From Pontiella sp. (GTDB lineage: Bacteria > Verrucomicrobiota > Kiritimatiellia > Kiritimatiellales > Pontiellaceae): a DNA stretch of 64,000 nucleotides. Positions 1 to 8,380 of the stretch are shown here, piece after piece. Below the pieces are notes generated by a model. The model ran no database searches. It was given only the letters and a program-made list of their open reading frames with translations, and was not told the DNA's origin. The stretch's first letter is position 1. The number at the start of each line of letters is the position of its first letter. A program made the translations under genes and the position numbers. The stretch lies in assembly GCA_050290185.1 (NCBI GenBank), contig JBNKHE010000003.1:96001-160000 (forward strand), given 5' to 3'.

Positions 1-83
1 ACGATGGCAGCCATAAGGATGATCATTGATAATCCTGAAAGGGCCATAATGATTTCCACCGCGAGAATGGATCTGGTTTTCAT
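1..83 (-). CDS. Partial CDS (5' end), hydrophobic N-terminus; runs off the window edge
   Basis: ATG at 83-81 on the minus strand reads MKTRSILAVEIIMALSGLSMIILMAAI..., open to position 1; signal-peptide/TM-like. Confidence 0.45.
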   Translation of the reverse strand, partial: MKTRSILAVEIIMALSGLSMIILMAAI

Positions 84-312
84 ATAAGGTCTACTTTCTT
101 TAAATGGTTAATCTATTTTACGATCTCACATGCATGGGAGTCATACGCCAGATGGCAAGCACTCCGCTTTAATCGCTTATCTATAAGCAATTCACAGACC
201 ATGATCATCCCGGCGCTCATTATGGAGTGGTTGGCGTGCAAGGTATTGCGGTTTATTCTCATATGTGAGAGATAAAGTGTGATTATGTTGCATTACATTA
301 AGTAAAAATAGT

Positions 313-340
313 TTGCACCGCATTCATTCGTCCTTAGAAT
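313..340 (+). promoter_or_regulatory. Putative sigma70 promoter for ilvD
   Basis: TTGCAC-N16-TAGAAT, with SD AAGGAG about 14 nt downstream. Confidence 0.4.
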
Positions 341-359
341 CATTTCATCAGCGAAGGAG

Positions 360-2057
360 ATGGCCATGGGTACGAAACTTTTTCGAAAAGATCAGCGGCC
401 CTGGTCTTCGATTATTGTGGATGGCATCGAGCGGGCGCCCAGCAGGGCCATGTTGCGTGCCGTCGGTTTTACCGATGCCGATTTCAAAAAGCCACAAATC
501 GGGATCGCTTCCACCTGGAGCATGGTTACACCGTGCAACATGCATATTGACCAACTGGCCAAAGAGGCTGAAAAGGGCGTCGACTTTACCGGCGGCAAGG
601 GCGTCATCTTTAATACCATCTCGATTTCCGATGGTATTTCCATGGGCACAGAGGGGATGAAATATTCGCTGGTGTCCCGCGAGATTATTGCGGACTCCAT
701 CGAAACGGTGGTGGCCTGCGAGGGATTCGACGGGATCGTGGCTTTCGGCGGGTGCGACAAGAACATGCCGGGATGCCTTATGGCGTTGGCCCGTTTGAAT
801 CGTCCGGCGATTTTTGTGTATGGCGGCAGTATCAAACCGGGGTGCTACTGTGGCAAGGATGTCGATATTGTTTCGGTTTTTGAAGCGGTCGGCCAGCATG
901 CCAAAGGGGAGATCAGTTCCAGACAGCTGACCGAGATCGAGCGGGTGGCCATTCCTGGACAAGGTTCCTGCGGGGGGATGTATACGGCCAATACGATGGC
1001 TTCGGCGATTGAGGCCTTGGGCATGAGCCTGACGAACAGCTCGTCCCGTGTCGCAGATTCCAGACAGAAATCAGAGGAGGCACATGCCGCCGGGCGCGCG
1101 GTCATGCATCTGGTTGAGCGGGGCGTAAAGCCATCGGATATTATGACCCGCGATGCATTTCTAAACGCGGTTGCGGTGGTGACCGCCCTGGGCGGTTCTA
1201 CGAATGCCGTGCTCCATCTTCTGGCCATGGCACATGCGGCCAAGGTGCGGTTGTCGCTGAACGATATTTCCGCCGTGGGCAAAAAAGTCCCGGTATTGGC
1301 CGATCTTAAGCCGAGCGGGCAGTATGTGATGGCGGATTTGGCGGCCATTGGCGGTGTTGCTCCGCTCATGGCGCGGCTGCTCAAGGAAGGGTTGCTTAAT
1401 GGAGATTGCATGACGGTCACGGGGAAGACGCTCAAGCAGAACCTGTCTAATGTGAAATCCTATCCCAAAAAACAGCGCATTGTGCGTCCCTTTAACAAAC
1501 CGATCAAGCCGGATGGACACCTGATAGTGCTTAAGGGCAACCTGGCCCCGGAAGGTGCCGTGGCCAAGATCACCGGTAAAGAAGGGTTGGAGTTTACCGG
1601 CAAGGCCATTGTTTTCAGCTCGGAAGAGCAGGCGCTTAAGAAGATTCTCGACGGCTCGGTGAAGAAAGGGCATGTGGTGGTGATCCGCTATGAAGGTCCC
1701 AGGGGCGGACCGGGCATGCGGGAAATGCTGGCCCCAACCTCTGCCATCATGGGGCGCGGACTGGGGCAGGATGTTGCACTCATTACCGATGGCCGTTTTT
1801 CAGGGGGCAGTCATGGCTTCGTAATCGGTCATATTACACCGGAGGCCTTTGTGGGCGGCCCTTTGGCTATTGTTAAAAACGGCGACATCATCGCCATCAA
1901 TGCCGGAAAACGGTCGATCGAACTGAAGGTGGCGAAGGCGGAAATTCAGCGTCGGTTGGATCTGTGGAAGCAACCGCGTGCCCGTTATAGGGACGGGGTG
2001 CTGGCCAAATATGCGAAACTGGTCGGTTCCGCCTCCAAGGGGGCGGTAACCGATTAA
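360..2057 (+). CDS. ilvD: Dihydroxy-acid dehydratase
   Basis: Motifs [59 protein letters not shown]. Confidence 0.97.
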   Translation: MAMGTKLFRKDQRPWSSIIVDGIERAPSRAMLRAVGFTDADFKKPQIGIASTWSMVTPCNMHIDQLAKEAEKGVDFTGGKGVIFNTISISDGISMGTEGMKYSLVSREIIADSIETVVACEGFDGIVAFGGCDKNMPGCLMALARLNRPAIFVYGGSIKPGCYCGKDVDIVSVFEAVGQHAKGEISSRQLTEIERVAIPGQGSCGGMYTANTMASAIEALGMSLTNSSSRVADSRQKSEEAHAAGRAVMHLVERGVKPSDIMTRDAFLNAVAVVTALGGSTNAVLHLLAMAHAAKVRLSLNDISAVGKKVPVLADLKPSGQYVMADLAAIGGVAPLMARLLKEGLLNGDCMTVTGKTLKQNLSNVKSYPKKQRIVRPFNKPIKPDGHLIVLKGNLAPEGAVAKITGKEGLEFTGKAIVFSSEEQALKKILDGSVKKGHVVVIRYEGPRGGPGMREMLAPTSAIMGRGLGQDVALITDGRFSGGSHGFVIGHITPEAFVGGPLAIVKNGDIIAINAGKRSIELKVAKAEIQRRLDLWKQPRARYRDGVLAKYAKLVGSASKGAVTD

Positions 2058-2128
2058 TGAAGGGGCATGGCGGTATTGTCTTTTTCATCAAGGGATAATG
2101 GCCTACCTTGGTGACTGGAGAATCTAAC

Positions 2129-2536
2129 ATGAAAATAGAAGTTTTTGCCCTTTGCGATGCCGCCACCGACAACCATGGAAAATTGAATATCCTGGGAACG
2201 TTCGATCAGATATTCGCCGTGAAAATGCCGATCACACATCCTGCGTGCGCCATAGCCCTCCGTGTGCGGTTCGATAAGATGGAAGAGGGGATTCACCGGA
2301 TCAAGCTGCAGTTGGTCAATCCGGATGGAGTTCCGGTTCTCAAGCCCATGGAAGGCGATGTGAATCCCCGTATGGCACCCGATGTCGACTCGGTTGCCGT
2401 CAACCTGATTTTGAATTTCCAGAATATCAAGTTTGAAGCATACGATGACTACCAGATCAATTTAACGATCGACGATGTTGCCATGTCCTCCTTGCCGTTG
2501 CGGGTTCGGGAAATGCCCCGCACACACGCGGTCTGA
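2129..2536 (+). CDS. Conserved hypothetical protein (DUF6941-like beta-sandwich)
   Basis: SD GGAG before ATG 2129; LCDAA...GKLNILGTFD pattern resembles DUF6941. Confidence 0.7.
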   Translation: MKIEVFALCDAATDNHGKLNILGTFDQIFAVKMPITHPACAIALRVRFDKMEEGIHRIKLQLVNPDGVPVLKPMEGDVNPRMAPDVDSVAVNLILNFQNIKFEAYDDYQINLTIDDVAMSSLPLRVREMPRTHAV

Positions 2537-2639
2537 GTCTGTCTGCAGATGGGTGTTGCTATTCATCCTGCAATATTCCGCCTAAACCTCCGTTCTATAT
2601 CCAATCCGTGAAATGCGGATGAATTGCAGGAGGTAGGGC

Positions 2640-2744
2640 GTGAACATGAAACCGTGGAAAATTGCAGGTTTATTGATGGCTGAGAGTGGTGCTGCGGCCT
2701 ATGCCTTCTCCGGAAAATGGTGCCCCTGCCGAATAATAATCTAG
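2640..2744 (+). CDS. Putative small ORF (32-34 aa)
   Basis: AGGAGG 2628-2633, GTG 2640 / ATG 2646, MKPWKIAGLLMAESGAAAYAFSGKWCPCRIII, TAG 2742-2744, then a terminator. Confidence 0.4.
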   Translation: MNMKPWKIAGLLMAESGAAAYAFSGKWCPCRIII

Positions 2745-2767
2745 TGTGACATCGGGTGATGTCCATG

Positions 2768-2810
2768 CGCCGCACGGGAGTTCCCCGCCTGTGCGGCGTT
2801 TTTCATTTTT
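2768..2810 (+). terminator. Intrinsic terminator
   Basis: CGCCGCACGGG...CCTGTGCGGCG 11-bp stem followed by TTTTTCATTTTT. Confidence 0.75.
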
Positions 2811-2835
2811 GGAAAAGGCCATGCACAAAATAAAG

Positions 2836-2873
2836 GGCCTACAAAGCTGGCTGGGTTGAAACTGGAGTGAGCG
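2836..2873. repeat. Degenerate direct repeat of the tRNA-Gly 3' end plus part of its terminator (copy of 2953-2990)
   Basis: 32/38 identical to 2953-2990 by manual alignment. Confidence 0.75.
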
Positions 2874-2940
2874 TGCCGAAGCCGTAGACCTCCGAAGCGC
2901 ATAGCACTGAAGGTCTCAGATGTAATCTCGCAGCGAGTGC

Positions 2941-2974
2941 AAAAGAAAACCCGGCCTGCAAAGCAGACCGGGTT
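2941..2974 (-). terminator. Intrinsic terminator after tRNA-Gly
   Basis: Minus strand AACCCGGTCTGC-TTT-GCAGGCCGGGTT-TTCTTTT. Confidence 0.75.
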
Positions 2975-2979
2975 GAAAT

Positions 2980-3054
2980 TGGAGCGAGCGAAGAGATTCG
3001 AACTCTCGACATTCACCTTGGCAAGGTGAAGCTCTACCACTGAGCTACGCTCGC
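2980..3054 (-). tRNA. tRNA-Gly (GCC)
   Basis: Minus strand GCGAGCGTAGCTCAGTGGTAGAGCTTCACCTTGCCAAGGTGAATGTCGAGAGTTCGAATCTCTTCGCTCGCTCCA: cloverleaf, GCC anticodon, GTTCGAA T-loop, encoded CCA. Confidence 0.97.
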
Positions 3055-3300
3055 TTTTTCTTAAAAACGAAGCGCCATTATTGAGATCGGCGCTTTGTTT
3101 GCAAGTCTAATTCCGTGAAAAAATAAACGGTGTGCGCTATTGTGTGTCGAATGCTATCTCCTGCATGGATTTGCGGGATTTAATAGTGGTTAATGTGCTT
3201 CGGTCTTAATGGGATAGCAACAGGCTTGTGGTCAACGTTCTTGTGTTTTCATGGGGCTTATGATAGCAATAGGTTTCGTGCGGATGATTTGGATTTGCTT

Positions 3301-4272
3301 ATGAATGGTACAAAAACAGACAATGCATTGATCTGGAGCGACCGGTGGCGACTGGGAGCCCTGTCGAAAACAGAGTTGATGAATATCGGCTTTGCTTCGG
3401 TGCTTATCGGGTTTCTGTTTGTTTTATTCCATTTGTTAGGAAATACGAGTGAAGATGGCGGCCGGTCGGCATTCCGATGGATGATCGCACGCTGGGGCGA
3501 CAAGATTTCATTCGGAGCAGACTATTCGCACGGCTTTCTGATTCCTTTCGTCAGTCTGGCAGTGATCTGGAACAAGCGAGAAGATTTTTTTGCGGCGCCG
3601 AAACAAGTCTGCAAAATCGGCCTCTATGTGATCATTATGGCTTTGGCCATGCATTGGCTCGGGGCCAAAATGCAGCAGACCCGTATTTCGCTGATCAGTC
3701 TGATCATGCTGTTATGGGGGATTCCGTTCTATTTCTTCGGTTGGAAGATCGCCAAGCTATTGATTTTTCCATGTTCCTATCTGATCTTTTGTGTTCCGTT
3801 GAACTTTCTCGATGCCTTGGCCGGTCCATTGCAGCATGTTGCTTCTACGTTGGGGCAGTCGGTTTTGCAGGGGATGGGCATTGAATGCCAGCGCGTGGGT
3901 ACGCAGCTTATATCTCCATACTTCCAGCTGAATGTGGAGGCCCCCTGTTCAGGGTTGCGTTCGTTGCTGGCCATGACGGCATTGACGGCGGTTTATGCGT
4001 ATTTCACCCAGCCGACATTTATTAAAAAATGGGCGTTGTTCCTCTTCTCTATCCCGATCGCAGTGGCCGGCAACATCGGCCGTATTATTTCAATTGCATT
4101 GGTATCCATTACCGCCGGTCAGGAAATCGGTACCGGTCTGCACCATGACTGGTCGGGCTATGTGCTGTTTACCGTGGCCATCAGCATGATGGTTGGTGTC
4201 GGCAAGCTATTGCAGATTAATTACAGAGAGAGTTTTGTTAAATGGAAAGAAGCCTACTTAAACCGTTCCTGA
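3301..4272 (+). CDS. Exosortase (EpsH family transpeptidase)
   Basis: Multi-TM; DYSHGFLIP, VEAPCSGLRSL (catalytic Cys), GNIGRI (Arg), HHDWSG (His); start uncertain. Confidence 0.9.
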   Translation: MNGTKTDNALIWSDRWRLGALSKTELMNIGFASVLIGFLFVLFHLLGNTSEDGGRSAFRWMIARWGDKISFGADYSHGFLIPFVSLAVIWNKREDFFAAPKQVCKIGLYVIIMALAMHWLGAKMQQTRISLISLIMLLWGIPFYFFGWKIAKLLIFPCSYLIFCVPLNFLDALAGPLQHVASTLGQSVLQGMGIECQRVGTQLISPYFQLNVEAPCSGLRSLLAMTALTAVYAYFTQPTFIKKWALFLFSIPIAVAGNIGRIISIALVSITAGQEIGTGLHHDWSGYVLFTVAISMMVGVGKLLQINYRESFVKWKEAYLNRS

Positions 4273-5036
4273 GCGTAGTGGTGCTCATGACAATTTCCGT
4301 GTTTTCCCTGGCGTTTACCGTCGGGGTAAAGCTCGATCATGTGCCCGGGGTAAAGATGAAGCTTCCGACGACGGTTGGGAGCTGGGTGGGTAACGGCCTC
4401 CGCTACTGCCATAACGAGGACGCCTGCGACAAAAACTATGCGTGCCGCGGATTCTTTGTCAACGATCTGGAAATTCCCGATATTTGTCCGGATTGCGGCG
4501 AAAAGCTCTACAATATGAGCCGGGCTGAGTATGAGCAGTTGCCGAAGGATACGGAATTTGTGAAGTCATCCTATACGAATGCCTCGGGTACCCGCGTGTT
4601 TGCTTCGGTGGTACTGAGTGGAACTGCCCGTAACAGTATTCACCGTCCGCAACGGTGCCTGAAGGGGCAGGGGAATCTCCTGGACGGGGAGTATACCCTG
4701 GAAATCCCTCTGGAAGGCCGGGAACCCTTAAAGGTGCGCGTTATCAAGACCCATCGTGTGTATAAAACGGCCGATGGCGCGGTGACCCAGTATGGCTACT
4801 ACGCCTACTGGTTTGTCGGGCAGGACCGCGAAACACCCTACCATTTAGGCCGCATGTTCTGGTTGGCGTGGGACCGGGTGGTGCGAAGCACAGCCAACCG
4901 GTGGGCTTATATTGCCGTATCAGGCGAGCGCGAAGAGGAAGGCAACGAATACGAAGCGGAGATCAGCGACTTTGTTCAGAACGTCTATCCCTACCTCCTT
5001 ACGGATTCCATGAAAAAGAAGGTCTACGGTCAATAA
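4242..5036 (+). CDS. Exosortase-associated EpsI-family protein
   Basis: Overlaps the exosortase; N-terminal TM, LPxxVGSW, SIHRPQRCL, YAYWFVG. Confidence 0.8.
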   Translation: MERSLLKPFLSVVVLMTISVFSLAFTVGVKLDHVPGVKMKLPTTVGSWVGNGLRYCHNEDACDKNYACRGFFVNDLEIPDICPDCGEKLYNMSRAEYEQLPKDTEFVKSSYTNASGTRVFASVVLSGTARNSIHRPQRCLKGQGNLLDGEYTLEIPLEGREPLKVRVIKTHRVYKTADGAVTQYGYYAYWFVGQDRETPYHLGRMFWLAWDRVVRSTANRWAYIAVSGEREEEGNEYEAEISDFVQNVYPYLLTDSMKKKVYGQ

Positions 5037-5059
5037 TCTTCCCGCCTTGGAAGTTGCGC

Positions 5060-5096
5060 AAGCCCGCGGTTTCTTTATACTGCGGGCTTTATTTTT
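5060..5096 (+). terminator. Hairpin/terminator overlapping a putative gatCAB promoter
   Basis: AAGCCCGCGGT/ACTGCGGGCTT stem then TATTTTT; TTGCGC(5054)-N16-TATACT(5076). Confidence 0.55.
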
Positions 5097-5114
5097 GGAA
5101 ACGGAGGTAGGGAA

Positions 5115-5411
5115 ATGCCCGAATCACACGAAGGAATGGATGTCGGTTATGTGGCGCGACTGGCGTGCATCGACCTGACTGATGAAGAAACCACGCTTTT
5201 TCAGGGCCAGCTCGAGCAGGTCCTGCATTATGTCGAACAACTCAACGAGCTTGATGTAACGGATGTCGAGCCGACGGCCCACGCTATTCCCGTTTTCAAC
5301 GTGTTACGCAAGGATGAGGTAGGCACCAGTCTCGATCACGATGCCGTCATCGCCAACGCACCCGCCGCCTCCGAGGGCGAAATTCGGGTCCCCAAGATCA
5401 TCGACCAGTAG
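5115..5411 (+). CDS. gatC: Asp/Glu-tRNA amidotransferase subunit C
   Basis: YVARLA...VEPTAH...LRKD...VPKII; precedes gatA; SD GGAGG. Confidence 0.95.
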   Translation: MPESHEGMDVGYVARLACIDLTDEETTLFQGQLEQVLHYVEQLNELDVTDVEPTAHAIPVFNVLRKDEVGTSLDHDAVIANAPAASEGEIRVPKIIDQ

Positions 5412-5419
5412 GATATACC

Positions 5420-6877
5420 ATGGCTGAACTACATAAACTCACGATTGCTGAACTGTCCGCCCGTCTATCGGCCGGGGAATGCACCTCGGTGGATATCGTT
5501 AACGACGTGCTGGCCTCTATAGACGCCAATGACGGAAAGGTAGGAGCCTACCTGACCCTCGACCGAGAATCGGCGCTGGAGCAGGCCAAGGCGGCCGACG
5601 AAGCGCGCACCGCCGGAAAAAACCATCCCATGCTCGGCATCCCGGTGGCCATCAAGGATCTGCTCAACGTGAAGGGGCAACCCTGTACCTGCTCGTCGAA
5701 AATCCTTGAAGGCTATACCGCGCCGTACGACGCCACCGTAATCGCCAAGCTCCGCGAAGCGGGCGCCGTCTTGCTGGGCCGCGTCAACATGGATGAATTC
5801 GCCATGGGATCGAGCACCGAAAACGCCGCGCTCGGCAAGACGTCAAATCCCTGGAACCTGGACCACGTTCCCGGCGGTTCATCCGGTGGTTCTGCGGCTT
5901 GTGTCTCGGCGGACGAAGCCATTGCTTCGCTAGGCTCGGACACGGGCGGATCCATCCGCCAGCCCGCGGCCTTCTGTGGTTGCGTGGGCGTCAAGCCGAC
6001 CTACGGCCTGGTTTCCCGCTACGGTCTCACCGCGTTCGCCTCGTCACTGGACCAGATCGGGCCCATCACCAAAACGGTCAAGGATTCCGCCATTTTGCTC
6101 GAAACAATTTGCGGACTGGACAAGATGGATTCCTCGTCCATCGACAAGGATGTTCCGGCCTATGCGGCAAACCTGGGCAACGACACTTCGCTGGCTGGCA
6201 TGAAGCTGGGTTTGCCGAAGGAATATTTTGTGGACGGCATGGATCCGGAAGTGGAAAAGGCCGTGCGCGATGCGGTCGAGCACTGCAAGAGCCTCGGCGC
6301 GGAAATCGTCGATGTCAGCCTGCCGAACGCCAAGTATGCCATCGCGGTCTACTACATCATCGCCACGGCCGAAGCCTCGGCCAACCTCGCCCGTTTCGAC
6401 GGCATCCGCTACGGTATGCGCCTCGACGGCAAGGACCCCGCCGATTTGTATGGAAAAACCCGCGCCGCCGGCTTCGGTCCCGAAGTCAAGCGTCGCATTA
6501 TTCTCGGAACCTACGTGCTCAGCAGCGGCTACTACGACGCCTACTACCTGAAGGCTCAAAAGGTGCGCACGCTCATCCGCAACGACTTCACCGAAGCCTT
6601 CAAGCAGTGCGATGCCATCCTTTCGCCGGTCACCCCGACCGCCGCCTACAGGAAAGGCGAGAAAACCGCCGACCCGCTGAAGATGTACCTCGACGACATC
6701 CTGACCACGCCGATCAACCTTGCCGGCAACTGCGCGCTGTCGGTGCCGTGCGGCTTCACCTCCGCCGGCATGCCGATCGGCATGCAGATCATCGGCGACG
6801 CCTTTCAGGAAGAAACCATCCTGAAAGTCGGTCACGCCTACGAGCAAACCACCGAATGGCACAAGCAGCGTCCATAG
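5420..6877 (+). CDS. gatA: Asp/Glu-tRNA amidotransferase subunit A
   Basis: Amidase signature GGSSGGSAA, GSDTGGSIRQPA, NLARFDGIRYG. Confidence 0.97.
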   Translation: MAELHKLTIAELSARLSAGECTSVDIVNDVLASIDANDGKVGAYLTLDRESALEQAKAADEARTAGKNHPMLGIPVAIKDLLNVKGQPCTCSSKILEGYTAPYDATVIAKLREAGAVLLGRVNMDEFAMGSSTENAALGKTSNPWNLDHVPGGSSGGSAACVSADEAIASLGSDTGGSIRQPAAFCGCVGVKPTYGLVSRYGLTAFASSLDQIGPITKTVKDSAILLETICGLDKMDSSSIDKDVPAYAANLGNDTSLAGMKLGLPKEYFVDGMDPEVEKAVRDAVEHCKSLGAEIVDVSLPNAKYAIAVYYIIATAEASANLARFDGIRYGMRLDGKDPADLYGKTRAAGFGPEVKRRIILGTYVLSSGYYDAYYLKAQKVRTLIRNDFTEAFKQCDAILSPVTPTAAYRKGEKTADPLKMYLDDILTTPINLAGNCALSVPCGFTSAGMPIGMQIIGDAFQEETILKVGHAYEQTTEWHKQRP

Positions 6878-6920
6878 CTTTAGCGAAAAAATCACGACTC
6901 ACTTATCACGGATCACGAAT

Positions 6921-8345
6921 ATGAAATACGAAGCAACGATTGGTCTTGAAACGCACGTCATGCAGAAGACGAACACGAAGATGTTCTGTTCCTGCAAGTA
7001 TGAATACGGCGCGGAGCCGAACACGCATGTCTGTCCCGTCTGTCTCGGCTATCCCGGCGCGTTGCCGGTGCTGAACGAAAAAGCGATCGAGCTGTGCTGC
7101 AAGGCCGGACTCTTGCTGGGCTGCGAGATCAATTCCTACAGCAAGTGGGACCGCAAAAACTATTTCTATCCGGACATGTCGAAGAACTATCAGATCACGC
7201 AGGCCGACCAGCCGTTGTGCTTGGGCGGGCACCTCGAAGTGGAGGTCGACGGCGAGATGAAAACCTTCACCATCGAACGCATCCACCAGGAGGAAAACGC
7301 GGCCAAGAACACGCACGTCGCCGGAGCAAGCCTGGTCGATTACAACCGCGCCGGAACCGCCTTGATGGAGATTGTTTCCAATCCGTGCATGCACTCGGCG
7401 GCCGATGCGTTGGCCTACATGACCGCGCTCAAGCAGATCATGCAATATGGCGGAATTTCCAACTGCGATCAGGAGAAGGGGCAGATGCGCTCCGATGTCA
7501 ATGTTTCCGTTCGCCCCGTCGGCCAGAAGGAACTGGGCGCCAAGGTCGAGATCAAGAACATGAACTCGTTCGCTTTTATCAAAGAAGCCATCGAATATGA
7601 AATCGACCGCCAGATCGACGTGCTCGAACGTGGAGGAACGGTGGATCAGGAAACGCGCGGCTACGACTCCGACCGCGGCGAAACCTTCACCCAGCGCACC
7701 AAGGAAAATGCCCACGACTATCGCTATTTCCCCGAACCCGATCTCATGCCCGTCAAGATTTCCGCCGGGCAGGTGGAGCAGTGGCGCTCCGAGCTCCCCG
7801 AGCTCCCTCGGCAGCGTCGCGAACGCTATGTGGCCGAACTGGGTTTGCCCGAATACGACGCCGGTGTTCTGACCGCCGACAAGGCGACCTCGGACTGGTT
7901 CGAAGCCGCAATGCAGCACACCAAAAACGCCAAGGCCGTCTCGAACTTTATCATGGGCGAAATGATGCGCCTGCTTTCCGAGCATGGGTTGTCGATTTCC
8001 GAGTCGAAGGTCACGCCGGAAAAGCTGGCTGAAATCATTGGCCTGATCGATGCCAAAACCATCAGCACCGGCGCCGGCAAGCAGGTGTTTGAAACCATCT
8101 TCAACGAAGGCGGCGAACCGAAAGCCATTGTCGAGGAAAAGGGGCTTGCGCAGGTTTCCGACGATTCCGCGCTCGAAGGCTGGGCCGACGAGGCCATCGC
8201 CAACAATCCCAAGCCCGTCGAGGAATACAAGGCCGGCAACGCCGCGTCGATCAACTTCCTGATGGGGCAGGTGATGAAGGCCAGCCGCGGCAAGGCCAAT
8301 CCCGGCGCCGTCATGCAGATGCTCAAGCAAAAGCTGGATGCGTAA
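6921..8345 (+). CDS. gatB: Asp/Glu-tRNA amidotransferase subunit B
   Basis: IGLETH, RKNYFYPD, DYRYFPEPDL, C-terminal YqeY-like GQVMKASRGKANP. Confidence 0.97.
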   Translation: MKYEATIGLETHVMQKTNTKMFCSCKYEYGAEPNTHVCPVCLGYPGALPVLNEKAIELCCKAGLLLGCEINSYSKWDRKNYFYPDMSKNYQITQADQPLCLGGHLEVEVDGEMKTFTIERIHQEENAAKNTHVAGASLVDYNRAGTALMEIVSNPCMHSAADALAYMTALKQIMQYGGISNCDQEKGQMRSDVNVSVRPVGQKELGAKVEIKNMNSFAFIKEAIEYEIDRQIDVLERGGTVDQETRGYDSDRGETFTQRTKENAHDYRYFPEPDLMPVKISAGQVEQWRSELPELPRQRRERYVAELGLPEYDAGVLTADKATSDWFEAAMQHTKNAKAVSNFIMGEMMRLLSEHGLSISESKVTPEKLAEIIGLIDAKTISTGAGKQVFETIFNEGGEPKAIVEEKGLAQVSDDSALEGWADEAIANNPKPVEEYKAGNAASINFLMGQVMKASRGKANPGAVMQMLKQKLDA

Positions 8346-8380
8346 AACTTAGGGCTGGAAGGTCTGCGACCGTTCCATCC

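Noticed and set aside
201..275. 24-aa ORF MIIPALIMEWLACKVLRFILICER (10 Ile/Leu/Val) as an ilv attenuator leader
   Set aside because: No SD, no terminator/antiterminator before ilvD, and a plausible promoter (313-340) lies downstream of it.
2741..3040. 99-aa minus-strand ORF
   Set aside because: Overlaps tRNA-Gly and its terminator; spurious.
5899..8330. Long alternative-frame and antisense ORFs over gatA/gatB (likewise over polA, oppA 22565-24280 and the TPR gene)
   Set aside because: Shadow ORFs expected from high-GC3 codon usage; no motifs or SD.
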